Source: Porticoccaceae bacterium (GTDB lineage Bacteria; Pseudomonadota; Gammaproteobacteria; Pseudomonadales; Porticoccaceae). Taken from it: a stretch of DNA of 64,000 nt. The position numbers and the translations under genes were made by a program. The stretch lies in assembly GCA_045560645.1 (NCBI GenBank), contig JBJKZE010000002.1, forward strand, positions 12,858-76,857, in the 5' to 3' direction. Below the pieces are notes generated by a model, which had not been told where the DNA came from, ran no database searches, and saw only the letters and a list, made by a program, of their open reading frames with translations. Position 1 is the first letter of the stretch. Each line of letters opens with the position of its first letter. This document shows positions 30,989 to 41,929 of this stretch, in pieces.

Positions 30989-31996
30989 TTAATTTGTCGT
31001 CGCGGCTTTCTTAAACTGCCGAAGCTGTATGCGAAATCCATTGCGTTGTGTAAGAAATAAACTATTGCCTTCTGTGAGCCCAGCATTTTCCGCCCAGTCA
31101 GTGATCTCACTTGGATCAAAGCCAAGCCATAAGTCGCCACAAGCTTGTTTTACCCAGTCTTGGCCATGGGCACAAAGATCGGTGATAAGTAAAACGCCAT
31201 TGAGGGTTAAAAGGTCGGCACAGTGTTTAATAATATCTCCAGGAATAGGGTTGTGATGTAAAACCATATTCAGTGAAACAAAATCAGCAGATAATTTTTT
31301 ATCTATTGCCGAAAATGTGTCTCCATTGAGAAAGCTTATATTGTTAAGGCCCTGTTTTTTGACCCGCTGGGCACATTGATCAAGCATCTCGGCACTATTA
31401 TCTAAGGCCACCACATGGTCGAAGGTGGCACTCAATTTTTTCAGAAACTGGCCGTAACCTGGGCCAATTTCAAGGGCTTGGGAGGTTGCGCCTAACGAGC
31501 TATCTAACAGGCTTTCAACACTATCGCCATAGTCTGACCAGCTGGCAATAAGATCCTGATTTTCTTCAAACAGAGACACATTTCGATTAAAAAACTCCAC
31601 TGAAGCGCTGGCGCGTTCTCGATTGATATCTGCAAGCCGCTCAGCAACATCTGAGTCGACCATTGCCTTATCAATTGCTTGAAATAGAGCTTTTTGCATA
31701 GTTTGCAAATCAATATCCGGATTTAGCGGATTGCGACGATAAAAAATAGTTGTACCTTCGCGCCTTGATGAAACTAATCCAGCATTGGACAGAATCTTGA
31801 GGTGATGGCTCATTGCTGATTGTCGAATATCAAATATTTGGCAAAGTTCTAATACACCATAGGCATTTTGCTGAAGAACCTTAAGAATTTGGATACGCAA
31901 AGGGTCCCCAGCAGCCTTGCATAGGATGCCGATGGCGCCAACTGTTTGTGGAGCAGTCTGGTCGAAAGTGCTAGTAGCACGGGTTTCTGCTGTCAT
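30989..31996 (-). CDS. sahR: SahR-type regulator (ArsR HTH + SAM-methyltransferase domain)
   Basis: ArsR HTH (QSAMSHHLKIL) fused to an EIGPGYG methyltransferase domain; directly upstream of metK. Confidence 0.88.
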   Translation of the reverse strand: MTAETRATSTFDQTAPQTVGAIGILCKAAGDPLRIQILKVLQQNAYGVLELCQIFDIRQSAMSHHLKILSNAGLVSSRREGTTIFYRRNPLNPDIDLQTMQKALFQAIDKAMVDSDVAERLADINRERASASVEFFNRNVSLFEENQDLIASWSDYGDSVESLLDSSLGATSQALEIGPGYGQFLKKLSATFDHVVALDNSAEMLDQCAQRVKKQGLNNISFLNGDTFSAIDKKLSADFVSLNMVLHHNPIPGDIIKHCADLLTLNGVLLITDLCAHGQDWVKQACGDLWLGFDPSEITDWAENAGLTEGNSLFLTQRNGFRIQLRQFKKAATTN

Positions 31997-32003
31997 TTTG
32001 TCG

Positions 32004-32032
32004 ATTTTAGCACAGTCAATTTAGTCCATCAA
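32004..32032 (-). promoter_or_regulatory. sigma70 promoter of the sahR-metK operon
   Basis: Minus strand TTGATG-N17-TAAAAT with extended TG; the -10 lies 7 nt from the sahR ATG. Confidence 0.6.
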
Positions 32033-32061
32033 AATATTTTTATATAAAAATATTTTGATGG
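32026..32061. promoter_or_regulatory. Perfect 36-bp palindrome, probable double SahR operator
   Basis: CCATCAAAATATTTTTAT|ATAAAAATATTTTGATGG; resembles two overlapping ATATCAA-N6-TTGATAT sites. Confidence 0.75.
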
Positions 32062-32183
32062 GTTTAAAAAGCTTTAAATTATTTGCAATTTCATCGGCTT
32101 AAATAGGTAATTCTGGTTTACTGATGAGGTCTTCTAAGCCACAATACCCTCACTAAATTTTTCCGTTTTAGGAGTGAAATTTC

Positions 32184-34193
32184 ATGGCCTCACGTCGAGA
32201 CCTCGCTAATGCTATTCGCGCCCTTAGTATGGACGCTGTCCAACAGGCTAACAGTGGTCATCCCGGTGCTCCAATGGGTATGGCAGATATTGCTGAAGTA
32301 TTGTGGAGAGACTATTTAAAACACAATCCAGCAGACCCAACATGGGCTAATAGAGATCGCTTTGTACTCTCAAATGGTCATGGCTCTATGTTGCTTTATT
32401 CTCTCCTGCACCTTTCGGGCTATGATTTGCCCATTGAAGAAATTAAGAATTTCCGACAATTACACTCAAAAACTCCTGGTCATCCTGAATATGGTTATGC
32501 CCCCGGAGTTGAAACAACGACTGGGCCATTGGGTCAGGGTATTAGTAATGCAGTTGGTATGGCATTGGCTGAAAAAGTTCTAGCGGCGCAGTTTAACAAG
32601 CCTGGACATAATCTTGTCGATCATCACACCTATACCTTTTTAGGTGATGGTTGCTTGATGGAAGGTATTTCCCATGAGGTTTGCTCGCTTGCAGGCACCC
32701 TCAAATTAAGCAAGCTAATTGCATTCTATGATGATAATGGCATCTCGATTGACGGTGATGTAGCTGGTGTGGACGGTGATGGCGGTTGGTTTACCGATGA
32801 CACCCCTGCGCGTTTTGAATCCTACGGTTGGCAGGTAATTCCTGCGGTTGATGGGCATGATTCAGATGCAATCGATGCCGCTATTAAACAGGCTAAAGCT
32901 TCCGAAAAGCCCACTCTAATCTGTTGTAAAACAGTTATTGGCTTCGGCTCGCCTAACAAGCAGGGTAAAGAGGACTGTCATGGCGCTCCATTAGGCGCAG
33001 ATGAAATTGCCCTTACCCGTAAGCAATTAGGCTGGGAATATGCAGCTTTTGAAATTCCAGAAGACTATTATTCTGCATGGAATGGTGTTGAAAAAGGTCA
33101 GGCGCAGCAAGCTGATTGGAATAAGCAGTTTGCTGATTACCAGTCTGAGTTCCCAGAGTTAGCGGCTGAATTTGAGCGCCGAGCCAATGGCGATCTTCCG
33201 GCAGACTTTAGCGATAAAGCCGATGCCTATATTCGTGAGTGCCAAGACAAAATGGAAAAAGTAGCATCGCGCAAGGCCTCTCAAAACTGCCTTAATGCGT
33301 TTGGTCCATTACTACCTGAACTACTGGGCGGCTCTGCAGATTTGGCTGGCTCCAATCTGACAATTTGGTCCGGTTGCAAAGATATCAGCGGAGATAATGC
33401 TGACGGGAACTATCTCTATTACGGCGTTCGTGAATTTGGTATGAGCGCGATTATGAATGGTATCGCCCTTCACGGCGGCTTTATTAATTATGGCGCTACC
33501 TTTCTGATGTTTATGGAATATGCGCGCAATGCCGTACGTATGGCGGCATTGATGAAACAGCAAAGTATTTTTGTCTACACCCATGATTCTATTGGTTTGG
33601 GTGAAGATGGTCCCACGCACCAACCGGTAGAACAGTTAAGCGCCCTTCGCGCAACGCCTAATCTACATACTTGGCGCCCTTGCGATACCGTTGAATCCGC
33701 AGTCAGCTGGAAAACTGCTATCGAACGCAGTGATGGTCCAAGTGCCTTGGTATTTAGCCGTCAGGGCTTAGCGCCAATGGAGCGTTCCGATGAGCAATTA
33801 AATAATGTCAGTCGAGGCGGTTATATCTTACGTAAAGCTAATGATGCACAGGCTATTATTATTGCTGCGGGTTCGGAAGTTGAGCTCGCTACCACAGCTG
33901 CAGATCAGCTTGCTGAAAAAGGTATTGCCGTCAATGTAGTATCTATGCCCTGTGCAGAAATATTTTGTGAGCAAGATAAAGCGTATCAAGAATCTGTATT
34001 GCCGCAGTCAATTAGAGCGCGAGTAGCTGTTGAGGCACTGCATGCAGATTACTGGCATAAATTTGTTGGCCTAGATGGTCGTGTTGTTGGCATGACTAGT
34101 TTTGGCGAGTCGGCACCAGGGAATGTATTAATGAAAGAATTTGGGTTTACCATTGAAAACGTAGTGGCTAAGGTTTTGGAGACCCTAGGCTAA
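32184..34193 (+). CDS. tkt: Transketolase
   Basis: [17 protein letters not shown] and GEDGPTHQP motifs. Confidence 0.98.
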   Translation: MASRRDLANAIRALSMDAVQQANSGHPGAPMGMADIAEVLWRDYLKHNPADPTWANRDRFVLSNGHGSMLLYSLLHLSGYDLPIEEIKNFRQLHSKTPGHPEYGYAPGVETTTGPLGQGISNAVGMALAEKVLAAQFNKPGHNLVDHHTYTFLGDGCLMEGISHEVCSLAGTLKLSKLIAFYDDNGISIDGDVAGVDGDGGWFTDDTPARFESYGWQVIPAVDGHDSDAIDAAIKQAKASEKPTLICCKTVIGFGSPNKQGKEDCHGAPLGADEIALTRKQLGWEYAAFEIPEDYYSAWNGVEKGQAQQADWNKQFADYQSEFPELAAEFERRANGDLPADFSDKADAYIRECQDKMEKVASRKASQNCLNAFGPLLPELLGGSADLAGSNLTIWSGCKDISGDNADGNYLYYGVREFGMSAIMNGIALHGGFINYGATFLMFMEYARNAVRMAALMKQQSIFVYTHDSIGLGEDGPTHQPVEQLSALRATPNLHTWRPCDTVESAVSWKTAIERSDGPSALVFSRQGLAPMERSDEQLNNVSRGGYILRKANDAQAIIIAAGSEVELATTAADQLAEKGIAVNVVSMPCAEIFCEQDKAYQESVLPQSIRARVAVEALHADYWHKFVGLDGRVVGMTSFGESAPGNVLMKEFGFTIENVVAKVLETLG

Positions 34194-35194
34194 TGATTCG
34201 CGTAGCCGTTAATGGCTATGGACGTATAGGCCGTTCTGTTTTAAGAGCGGTCTATGAATCTAAGCTACAAGACCAGATTAAAATTGTGGCAATAAATGAG
34301 CCTGCTGATAATAAAACCATAGCTCACCTAACCCGCTACGATTCTACCCATGGTCGATTTTTAGGTGAAGTGAACTGTGACGAGAATACACTCACTATCT
34401 GTGGTGATTCCATTGCTATAGTGCATGAAGATAATCTAGATCAACTGCCCTGGTCAGACCTTAACGTTGATGTGGTTTTAGAATGTAGCGGTAGTTTTAG
34501 CGATCGTAAAACTGCTGAAAAGCACATAAAAAGCGGTGCCAAACGTGTGTTGTTTTCTCAGCCGGCAGAATCAGATGTTGATGCCACTATAGTCTATGGT
34601 TACAACCACCATCAGTTAACTGGCAAAGAGCGGATAATTTCCAGCGCCTCCTGCTCAACCAACTGTGTTGTCCCAGTAATTGAAATACTAGACCAGAATT
34701 TTTCGGTAGAGGGTGGCGTTATTACGACTATTCACTCAGCGATGAATGATCAGCCTGTATTGGATGCCTACCATCATACCGATTTGCGTAAAACACGTGC
34801 GGCAATGAATTCTATTATTCCCGTTGATACTGGACTTGCCCTTGGAATTGACCGCTTGATGCCGAATTTAGCTGGGCGTTTTCAGGCGCAGGCGATGCGT
34901 GTCCCCACATTGAATGTGTCAGCTATCGATTTATCAGTACTAGTTAATCAGGCGGTTGATATACAGAGTGTTAATCAAGCGCTGGCAAATGCAACGGAAG
35001 GTTCGTTAAACAATATATTGGGTTATACCGAAGAGCCGCTGGCTTCCTGCGATTTTAATCACGACCCGAGAAGTGGCATCGTTGATGCCAGTCAAACTAG
35101 AGTCAGTCAGCAAAAACTCATCAAAGTACTTGTTTGGTTTGATAACGAATGGGGCTATGCCAATAGAATGTTGGATGTGTTGAAAAGCTGGTAA
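34193..35194 (+). CDS. epd: Erythrose-4-phosphate dehydrogenase (GAPDH family)
   Basis: NGYGRIGR, SCSTNC, HSAMNDQ and WFDNEWGYANR; tkt-epd-pgk-fba synteny. Confidence 0.88.
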   Translation: MIRVAVNGYGRIGRSVLRAVYESKLQDQIKIVAINEPADNKTIAHLTRYDSTHGRFLGEVNCDENTLTICGDSIAIVHEDNLDQLPWSDLNVDVVLECSGSFSDRKTAEKHIKSGAKRVLFSQPAESDVDATIVYGYNHHQLTGKERIISSASCSTNCVVPVIEILDQNFSVEGGVITTIHSAMNDQPVLDAYHHTDLRKTRAAMNSIIPVDTGLALGIDRLMPNLAGRFQAQAMRVPTLNVSAIDLSVLVNQAVDIQSVNQALANATEGSLNNILGYTEEPLASCDFNHDPRSGIVDASQTRVSQQKLIKVLVWFDNEWGYANRMLDVLKSW

Positions 35195-35238
35195 GCGCCA
35201 GATAAGCAATCCATTTAAATTGAATAATAGGAAAAGTA

Positions 35239-36405
35239 ATGACTATCAAATTAATGACTGATTTAGATCTCAGCCAAAAACATGTATTGATTCGAGAAGA
35301 TCTAAACGTCCCGGTTAAAAATGGTGTGATCACTAGTGATGCCAGAATTAATGCGGCACTGCCAACCATTAAGCAGGCAATAGATCAGGGTGCTGTAGTT
35401 ATTTTGATGTCGCATCTAGGTCGCCCAACTGAGGGGCAGTTTGAAGACCAGTTCAGCCTGCAGCCTGTGGCTGATAGCCTCAGTCAAAAATTAGGTACAC
35501 AGGTGCAATTAATTACCGACTGGACTGATGGTGTTGAAGTGCCTGCAGGGCAGGTGGCACTGCTTGAAAATGTGCGATTTAATGTCGGCGAAAAAGCCAA
35601 TGATGATGCTCTGTCACAGGCCTATGCCAAGCTCTGCGATATCTTTGTTATGGATGCCTTTGGTACCGCACACCGTGCCCAAGCTTCAACCCATGGTGTG
35701 GCTAAGTTTGCACCAGTTGCTTGCGCTGGACCGCTACTGGCTAATGAATTAAATGCCCTTGAAAAAGCCATAGCTACTCCTAAAGCACCCGTAGGTGCCA
35801 TCGTTGGTGGATCAAAGGTGTCGACAAAATTAATGGTTTTGGAAGCTCTAGCGGATAAAGTGGATCAGTTAATTGTCGGCGGTGGTATTGCCAATACATT
35901 CTTGGCTGCGGCAGGTCATCCCGTAGGTAAATCCTTATATGAGCCAGATTTAATTCCCGCGGCCAAAGCACTAATGGAAAAGGTTGAGATTCCAATGCCT
36001 ACCGATGTGGTTGTGGGCAAGGAATTTTCTGAAACTACCGAAGCGCGTGTGGTTGCGGTGGAAGATGTCGAGGCTGATGATATGATTTTTGATATAGGCC
36101 CTGAATCAGCTGGTCAATTAGCTGATATTATCAAAACCTTAGGTACCATTATTTGGAATGGCCCAGTGGGCGTATTTGAGTTTGACCAGTTTGCCGAGGG
36201 CACCAAAACACTGTCTTTTGCCATTGCTGAAAGCGATGGTTTCTCTATTGCTGGCGGTGGCGATACCCTCGCCGCAGTCGATAAATATGAAATTGCCGAG
36301 CAGGTGTCCTATATTTCTACAGGTGGGGGTGCGTTTTTGGAATATGTAGAAGGCAAGGAATTACCCACCGTTGCCCTCCTAAAAGCGCGAGCGGTCAGCG
36401 ACTAG
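35239..36405 (+). CDS. pgk: Phosphoglycerate kinase
   Basis: [21 protein letters not shown] and STGGGA motifs. Confidence 0.98.
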   Translation: MTIKLMTDLDLSQKHVLIREDLNVPVKNGVITSDARINAALPTIKQAIDQGAVVILMSHLGRPTEGQFEDQFSLQPVADSLSQKLGTQVQLITDWTDGVEVPAGQVALLENVRFNVGEKANDDALSQAYAKLCDIFVMDAFGTAHRAQASTHGVAKFAPVACAGPLLANELNALEKAIATPKAPVGAIVGGSKVSTKLMVLEALADKVDQLIVGGGIANTFLAAAGHPVGKSLYEPDLIPAAKALMEKVEIPMPTDVVVGKEFSETTEARVVAVEDVEADDMIFDIGPESAGQLADIIKTLGTIIWNGPVGVFEFDQFAEGTKTLSFAIAESDGFSIAGGGDTLAAVDKYEIAEQVSYISTGGGAFLEYVEGKELPTVALLKARAVSD

Positions 36406-36469
36406 TAAATTTATGGTGGCGGGTTGCAAGGAGTGCAATTGACTAACAAAGCTTACAAGGAAAGAAGCG

Positions 36470-37540
36470 ATGCCACTTATTTCAATGAGACAAATGCTGG
36501 ATCACGCCGCAGAAAATAGCTACGGTGTGCCAGCATTTAACGTTAATAATCTAGAACAGATGCGAGCGATTATGCTCGCCGCCGATCAGACTCAAAGTCC
36601 AGTCATAGTTCAGGCTTCAGCCGGCGCACGCAAATATGCCGGTGCCCCATTTCTTCGTCATTTAATTCAAGCGGCAATCGAAGAATGGCCGCATCTTCCA
36701 ATATGCATGCATCAGGATCATGGCACCAGTCCAGCAGTTTGTCAGCGCTCCATTCAGCTTGGCTTTAGTTCGGTAATGATGGATGGATCACTGCGGGAAG
36801 ACGGTAAAACTCCCTCTAGCTACCAATATAATGTAGATGTTACTCGCCAAGTTGTGGCCATGGCTCACGCCTGTGGCGTATCAGTTGAAGGGGAGTTGGG
36901 TTGTTTGGGCTCCCTAGAAACCGGACAGGCAGGCGAAGAAGATGGTGTTGGCGCAGACTGTGTTCTGAGCCAAGAGCAGATGTTAACCGATCCCGATGAA
37001 GCTGCAGATTTTGTCAGTCAAACCGGGGTGGACGCATTGGCTATTGCCTGCGGTACATCCCACGGCGCCTATAAATTTAGTCGCCCACCCACGGGGGATA
37101 TCTTGGCGATTGATCGCATAAAGCAAATCCATCAAAAAATACCTAATACCCATTTAGTAATGCATGGCTCTTCCTCGGTGCCCCAAGAATGGTTGACGAT
37201 TATTAATCAGCACGGTGGTGAAATTCCTGAAACCTATGGTGTCCCAGTCGAGCAGATCTGCGAGGGAATAAAACACGGCGTGCGCAAGATCAATATAGAT
37301 ACGGATTTGCGTTTAGCATCCACCGGCATTATTCGCCAATTTTTAGCGATGAATCCAACAGCATTTGATCCTCGCGCCTATTTAAAAGAAACCATAACGG
37401 CCATGAAAGATATTGCAGTGGCGCGTTATGAGGCCTTTGGCACAGCCGGTAATGCCACCAAAATAGTACCTTTGGGATTGTCGGTAATGAGCAATAAATA
37501 CAGCGAAGCAAAACTGGGCTTACAAATTAATGGTTGCTAG
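36470..37540 (+). CDS. fba: Fructose-bisphosphate aldolase class II
   Basis: [22 protein letters not shown] and KINIDTD motifs. Confidence 0.97.
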   Translation: MPLISMRQMLDHAAENSYGVPAFNVNNLEQMRAIMLAADQTQSPVIVQASAGARKYAGAPFLRHLIQAAIEEWPHLPICMHQDHGTSPAVCQRSIQLGFSSVMMDGSLREDGKTPSSYQYNVDVTRQVVAMAHACGVSVEGELGCLGSLETGQAGEEDGVGADCVLSQEQMLTDPDEAADFVSQTGVDALAIACGTSHGAYKFSRPPTGDILAIDRIKQIHQKIPNTHLVMHGSSSVPQEWLTIINQHGGEIPETYGVPVEQICEGIKHGVRKINIDTDLRLASTGIIRQFLAMNPTAFDPRAYLKETITAMKDIAVARYEAFGTAGNATKIVPLGLSVMSNKYSEAKLGLQINGC

Positions 37541-39648
37541 GCCTGAGCATACTGTTGGTTAACACCCAGCCAGCGGTCTATTAGTGGGTCCACCGCTTTA
37601 GGCTGTTGTTTGATTAAACTCTCAGCGGCTTGTTTTATCTGTGGTAGCAAATGTGCATCGCGCTGAAGATCGGCAATTTGCAGTTGCATATCCCCAGTTT
37701 GACGGGTGCCCAGAAGTTCGCCGGGACCCCTTAATTCAAGGTCTTTTTCAGCAATTACAAAACCATCGCTGGTTTCGCGCATGGTTTTTAGGCGTGCACT
37801 GCCATTGGCCGATATGGGCGAGCTATAGAGTAAGACACAATGACTTTTTGCCGAACCTCTTCCTACTCTGCCTCTAAGCTGATGCAGTTGTGATAAGCCA
37901 AGGCGCTCGGCATTTTCAATAATCATTAAACTAGCATTGGGTACATCAACCCCTACCTCAATGACTGTGGTTGCTACTAATAAATGTATTTCACCCGCCT
38001 TAAAAGCATTCATAACTTCCAATTTTTCCCGAGGTTTAAGGCGGCCATGCACTAAGCCAATAGATAGCTCAGGCAGCAAAAGCTGTAGTTCGCTTGCAGT
38101 GACTTCAGCGGCCTGAGCTTCGAGTACATCAGACTCCTCAATAAGCGTACACACCCAGTAGGCTTGACGACCCTCAAGACAGGATGCACGTACCCGTTCA
38201 ATAACATCATTGCGTCTAAGGTTACTTAATACAGCAGTTTCAACCGGTGTTCGCCCTGGAGGTAATTCATCAATCACCGAACAATCAAGATCAGCATAGG
38301 CACTCATAGCCAGAGTTCTAGGTATAGGCGTTGCAGTCATAATTAATTGATGGGGCGCTAAACTATGCTCGTTGGGTTGATTGTCGCCAAACCCCTTATT
38401 GCGCAATGCCAGACGCTGATGAACACCAAATCGATGTTGTTCATCAATAATGGTTATTCCTAGATCATTAAATTGCACGCTTTCTTGAAATAGTGCGTGG
38501 GTTCCTATCACCATTTGCGCACTGCCGTCGGCGATGCGTTCTAGCTGGACTTCTCTTGCCTTGCCTTTTACCTTGCCGGTTAACCAAGCAACACTGATCT
38601 TCATATTTTTGAACCACTGTTCAAAATTTATTCTGTGTTGCTCAGCCAAAATTTCTGTGGGTGCCATCAGTGCGGCCTGCTTGCCATTGGCAATCGCCTG
38701 TAAGGCTGCAATTGCCGCCACTACAGTTTTACCGGAGCCAACATCTCCCTGTACTAGGCGCAACATGGGAAAAGGTTTATTGATATCGGCAGTTATTTCA
38801 CTGACCACCCTTTTTTGTGCGCCAGTAAGTTCAAACGGCAGTTGTTCTAAGAAACTTGTGAGTACAGCTTTGTTTTCAGGTAGTGTCGGCGCATTTTGTT
38901 GCTGCACTTTTTGCCGCATTTTAAGCAGACTCAAATTGTGGGCAATAAGCTCCTCTGCCGCCAAACGCTGTTGCGCCGGATGTTCTCCATTAGCAAGCCT
39001 ATGTAGCTCTGTGCCCGGCGGCGGCGAGTGAATTAGTTTTAATGCATCAACAAGCGAAAAAGATAAAAGACCGTCCAGCTGTTGTTTTAGCGAATTGGGC
39101 AATAGTTCCTCTATACCATATTTATCCATGCCTATTAGGGCTTGACGGCATAGATCTCTAATACGAATTTGAGTGATGCCCTCAGTTAGAGGATAAACAG
39201 GAGTTAATGTATCTTCTAATTGTGGTGGATTATTGCCATCGAGATGCTGGTATTCAGGATGATAAAGCTCTAAGCCAAATTTGCCCTGCCTCACTTCGCC
39301 AAAGCAACGCAACTTTGCTCCAGGCTTTAGTCGATTTTGTTGGGCACGACTAAAGTGAAAAAACCTTAAAACAGTGGTCCCAGTGGCATCCTGTAATTTA
39401 CACACTAGGCTTCGTCGACGGCCAAAAGTTACGTCACTGGCGCGAATTTCTCCTTCTAAAACTACATCAGTAAGAGGTTGCAAGCTGCCAATGGGGGTTA
39501 TTTTGGTTCTGTCGATATAGCGCAGTGGTAAATGAAATAACAAATCCTGCAGACTCTTTAGATCAAGTTTGCTTAGTTTTTGTGATAGCTGTGGACCTAC
39601 CCCGCGAAGCTCACTAATAGCAATCGCGCCGAGATTAGGTTCAGTCAT
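37537..39648 (-). CDS. recG: ATP-dependent DNA helicase RecG
   Basis: [23 protein letters not shown] and QLRGRVGRG motifs. Confidence 0.98.
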   Translation of the reverse strand: MTEPNLGAIAISELRGVGPQLSQKLSKLDLKSLQDLLFHLPLRYIDRTKITPIGSLQPLTDVVLEGEIRASDVTFGRRRSLVCKLQDATGTTVLRFFHFSRAQQNRLKPGAKLRCFGEVRQGKFGLELYHPEYQHLDGNNPPQLEDTLTPVYPLTEGITQIRIRDLCRQALIGMDKYGIEELLPNSLKQQLDGLLSFSLVDALKLIHSPPPGTELHRLANGEHPAQQRLAAEELIAHNLSLLKMRQKVQQQNAPTLPENKAVLTSFLEQLPFELTGAQKRVVSEITADINKPFPMLRLVQGDVGSGKTVVAAIAALQAIANGKQAALMAPTEILAEQHRINFEQWFKNMKISVAWLTGKVKGKAREVQLERIADGSAQMVIGTHALFQESVQFNDLGITIIDEQHRFGVHQRLALRNKGFGDNQPNEHSLAPHQLIMTATPIPRTLAMSAYADLDCSVIDELPPGRTPVETAVLSNLRRNDVIERVRASCLEGRQAYWVCTLIEESDVLEAQAAEVTASELQLLLPELSIGLVHGRLKPREKLEVMNAFKAGEIHLLVATTVIEVGVDVPNASLMIIENAERLGLSQLHQLRGRVGRGSAKSHCVLLYSSPISANGSARLKTMRETSDGFVIAEKDLELRGPGELLGTRQTGDMQLQIADLQRDAHLLPQIKQAAESLIKQQPKAVDPLIDRWLGVNQQYAQA

Positions 39649-39651
39649 TTG

Positions 39652-40596
39652 CTAGTGTGGAAGTGTTTTATTTTCATGACTCAAATTATAGCTTGTATAG
39701 ATAGCATTGCGAACCGCTTCGATTGCCTTATAGCGAGGAAAGCCAGCACGCCATGCGATCGCTGTAGTGCGTTTTGGGCCATCACCTTCAAAGGGAACAG
39801 CTACCAAATTAATGCAGCAAGAACTACAGAAGCTTGTTCCCATAACCGCTGTTTGCGGCAAAATGGTAATGCCAAAGCCTGAGGCGACCATGGTACAAAG
39901 GGTTTCCAATGAGTAAGCTTCTGAGTCAGTATTTATAGGCATATCGCCGTTGTAGTATTTATTGATATTGGGAATAGCTTCTATTACCTGATCTCTATAG
40001 CAATGCCCCTCGCCGAGCAGCAAAATATGCTCCTTTTCCAGATCCTCAGGCTTTAATGAGGAACGCTTCGCTAGAGGGTGATTGGGGGGCACTACAACCA
40101 TAAATGGTTCATCAAATAACGGTTGAACAACAATGTCAGGTTCTTTGAATGGCAGACATAAAATAGCGACATTAAGCTTCCCTTTGCGCAGCCGCTCTCG
40201 CAATGAATTGGTGTAGCCCTCTTCAATAATTAATGGCATATCGGGCGCACTTTTTTGCAGAGGCGAAACAAAGTTTGGAAATAAGTAGGGCCCTATAGTG
40301 AATATAGCGCCAATACGAAGGGGCGAACACAGTCTTTCACCCTCATTGACCGCAATATCCTTTATGATTGCGAGCTCATCAAGTACTTTGTGGCATTGAG
40401 TAATAATTTTTTCACCCATGCGTGTTAGCAAAACATCGGTGGCTGTGCATTCAAATATTTCTACACCCAACTCAGATTCTAATTTTTTTATTGCTATACT
40501 GAGGGTTGGTTGGCTGACATTGCACTGTTTCGCAGCAAGCCCAAAGTGCTGAGTGGTGGCCGGAGCGGTCGCATAGTGTAGTTCAGTTAATGTCAT
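39652..40596 (-). CDS. oxyR: OxyR-like LysR regulator (atypical; Cys208 absent)
   Basis: MTLTEL start with GGGAGG RBS, VSQPTLS, GEGHC199 and oxyR-recG synteny. Confidence 0.85.
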   Translation of the reverse strand: MTLTELHYATAPATTQHFGLAAKQCNVSQPTLSIAIKKLESELGVEIFECTATDVLLTRMGEKIITQCHKVLDELAIIKDIAVNEGERLCSPLRIGAIFTIGPYLFPNFVSPLQKSAPDMPLIIEEGYTNSLRERLRKGKLNVAILCLPFKEPDIVVQPLFDEPFMVVVPPNHPLAKRSSLKPEDLEKEHILLLGEGHCYRDQVIEAIPNINKYYNGDMPINTDSEAYSLETLCTMVASGFGITILPQTAVMGTSFCSSCCINLVAVPFEGDGPKRTTAIAWRAGFPRYKAIEAVRNAIYTSYNLSHENKTLPH

Positions 40597-40680
40597 ATTG
40601 TTCCTCCCTGAAACAATAAGATTATTATTTTTATTATTTGATAATAGATAAAATATACTAAAAATATACAGGAATAAAGT

Positions 40681-41526
40681 TTGAAAATACTTTTTATTGG
40701 ATGTGGTGATATAGCTCAACGAGCCGCGGGCATGGTTAAGAGAGGTCGCCAATGCTATGGGCTAAGGCGCAGTCCTAAAGGCTTGCCATCATATATTGCG
40801 CCAATTACAGCAGATGCAGCAGATCCCAAGCAGTTACGGTCTATTGCTACAGAAGGTTTTGATATATGGATTGTAACCATGACGCCTGGCGAGTTTACAA
40901 GGCAAGCTTATGAGCAATCATATTTAGCTGTAGCGCATGCTGTTGCTGAATCAGTTTCCGCTGTGTCCAATCCTCCTAAATTCATTATTTGGGTATCCAG
41001 CACCAGCGTTTATGGCGATTGCGCTGGCGAATGGGTTGACGAAACCACAAAGCCTAATCCGGTCACATTCTCTGGTGAAATACTACTTCAAGCGGAGCAG
41101 GTTATTAAAGAGTTAACCTGCCGCAGCACTATAGTTAGGTTTTCCGGTATTTATGGGCCGGGTCGGACTAGGCTTATCGAACAGGTTAGGTCTGGTAAGG
41201 GGCGACCACAAACACCACAACAATGGAGTAACCGTATTCATGCTGATGACTGTGGCGCTGTTTTGGCGCATCTAATTAACTTATTTGCGTCTGGCAAGCC
41301 TATTGAGCAGGTTTATCTGGCATCAGATTGTCAGCCGGTTACTCAGCATGAAATCCGCAGTTGGCTCGCGGAGAAATTATCGGTTGATCTTATTGAGGAG
41401 CCTGTTGCTGTTGGACCTATCAGACGTTGCAGTAATCGCCTTCTTTTGCAATCTGGTTTTAGCTTTAGATACCCTTCTTATAAAGAGGGTTACGCTGCAC
41501 TGTTAGAGAATCAAGAAAGTCGTTAA
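40681..41526 (+). CDS. Atypical SDR / NAD-dependent epimerase family protein
   Basis: IGCGDIA, SSTSVYG, GIYGPGR and NRIHADD motifs. Confidence 0.88.
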   Translation: MKILFIGCGDIAQRAAGMVKRGRQCYGLRRSPKGLPSYIAPITADAADPKQLRSIATEGFDIWIVTMTPGEFTRQAYEQSYLAVAHAVAESVSAVSNPPKFIIWVSSTSVYGDCAGEWVDETTKPNPVTFSGEILLQAEQVIKELTCRSTIVRFSGIYGPGRTRLIEQVRSGKGRPQTPQQWSNRIHADDCGAVLAHLINLFASGKPIEQVYLASDCQPVTQHEIRSWLAEKLSVDLIEEPVAVGPIRRCSNRLLLQSGFSFRYPSYKEGYAALLENQESR

Positions 41527-41910
41527 TTAGGTAACTACAATGCCGTCCATTTCAATTTCTGCGCCCTTAGGTAATTCTTTAACCCCAATAGCTGCTCGTG
41601 CTGGATAGGGTTGCTCAAATAATTCTTCCATAACTTCATTAACAGCGGCGAAATTACTTAAGTCGGTAAGAAAAATATTGAGTTTAACAATGCCGCTTAG
41701 GTCTGAACCTGCAGCCTCACAAACTGCATTCAAATTAGCGAAAACCTGTCGTGCCTGTACCTGTATATCCCCTGTAATTAATGTCATAGATTGAGGATCT
41801 AATGGAATTTGCCCTGACAGGTAAACAGTGTTGGTAACTTTCACTGCTTGGCTGTAGGGGCCAATAGCGGCAGGTGCTTTTTCTGTGAAGATATGTGCTT
41901 TGTTAGACAT
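41527..41910 (-). CDS. RidA family enamine/imine deaminase
   Basis: [16 protein letters not shown] and YPARA motifs. Confidence 0.95.
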   Translation of the reverse strand: MSNKAHIFTEKAPAAIGPYSQAVKVTNTVYLSGQIPLDPQSMTLITGDIQVQARQVFANLNAVCEAAGSDLSGIVKLNIFLTDLSNFAAVNEVMEELFEQPYPARAAIGVKELPKGAEIEMDGIVVT

Positions 41911-41929
41911 AATATCAGTCCTTATATGA

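Noticed and set aside
34193-35194. Calling this gene gapA
   Set aside because: HSAMNDQ and NEWGYANR signatures and the synteny fit Epd better.
36470-37540. Class II Fba with tkt and pgk as evidence of a Calvin cycle
   Set aside because: No RuBisCO or phosphoribulokinase here; tkt-epd-pgk-fba is standard heterotroph synteny.
38534-39031. 165-aa ORF antisense to recG, and similar shadow ORFs (e.g. 45315-45695, 33321-33623, 62699-62998)
   Set aside because: They lie within well-conserved genes, on the opposite strand or in another frame, and show no recognisable motifs; expected shadows of coding sequence.
40611-40670. Possible OxyR operator (ATAG-N7-CTAT array) upstream of oxyR
   Set aside because: The ATAG/TTAT elements do not fit the N7 spacing, and the region is too AT-rich to call.
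40597-40752. 52-aa N-terminal extension of the OxyR ORF
   Set aside because: AT-rich promoter DNA overlapping the divergent SDR gene; a strong GGGAGG RBS precedes the ATG at 40596.
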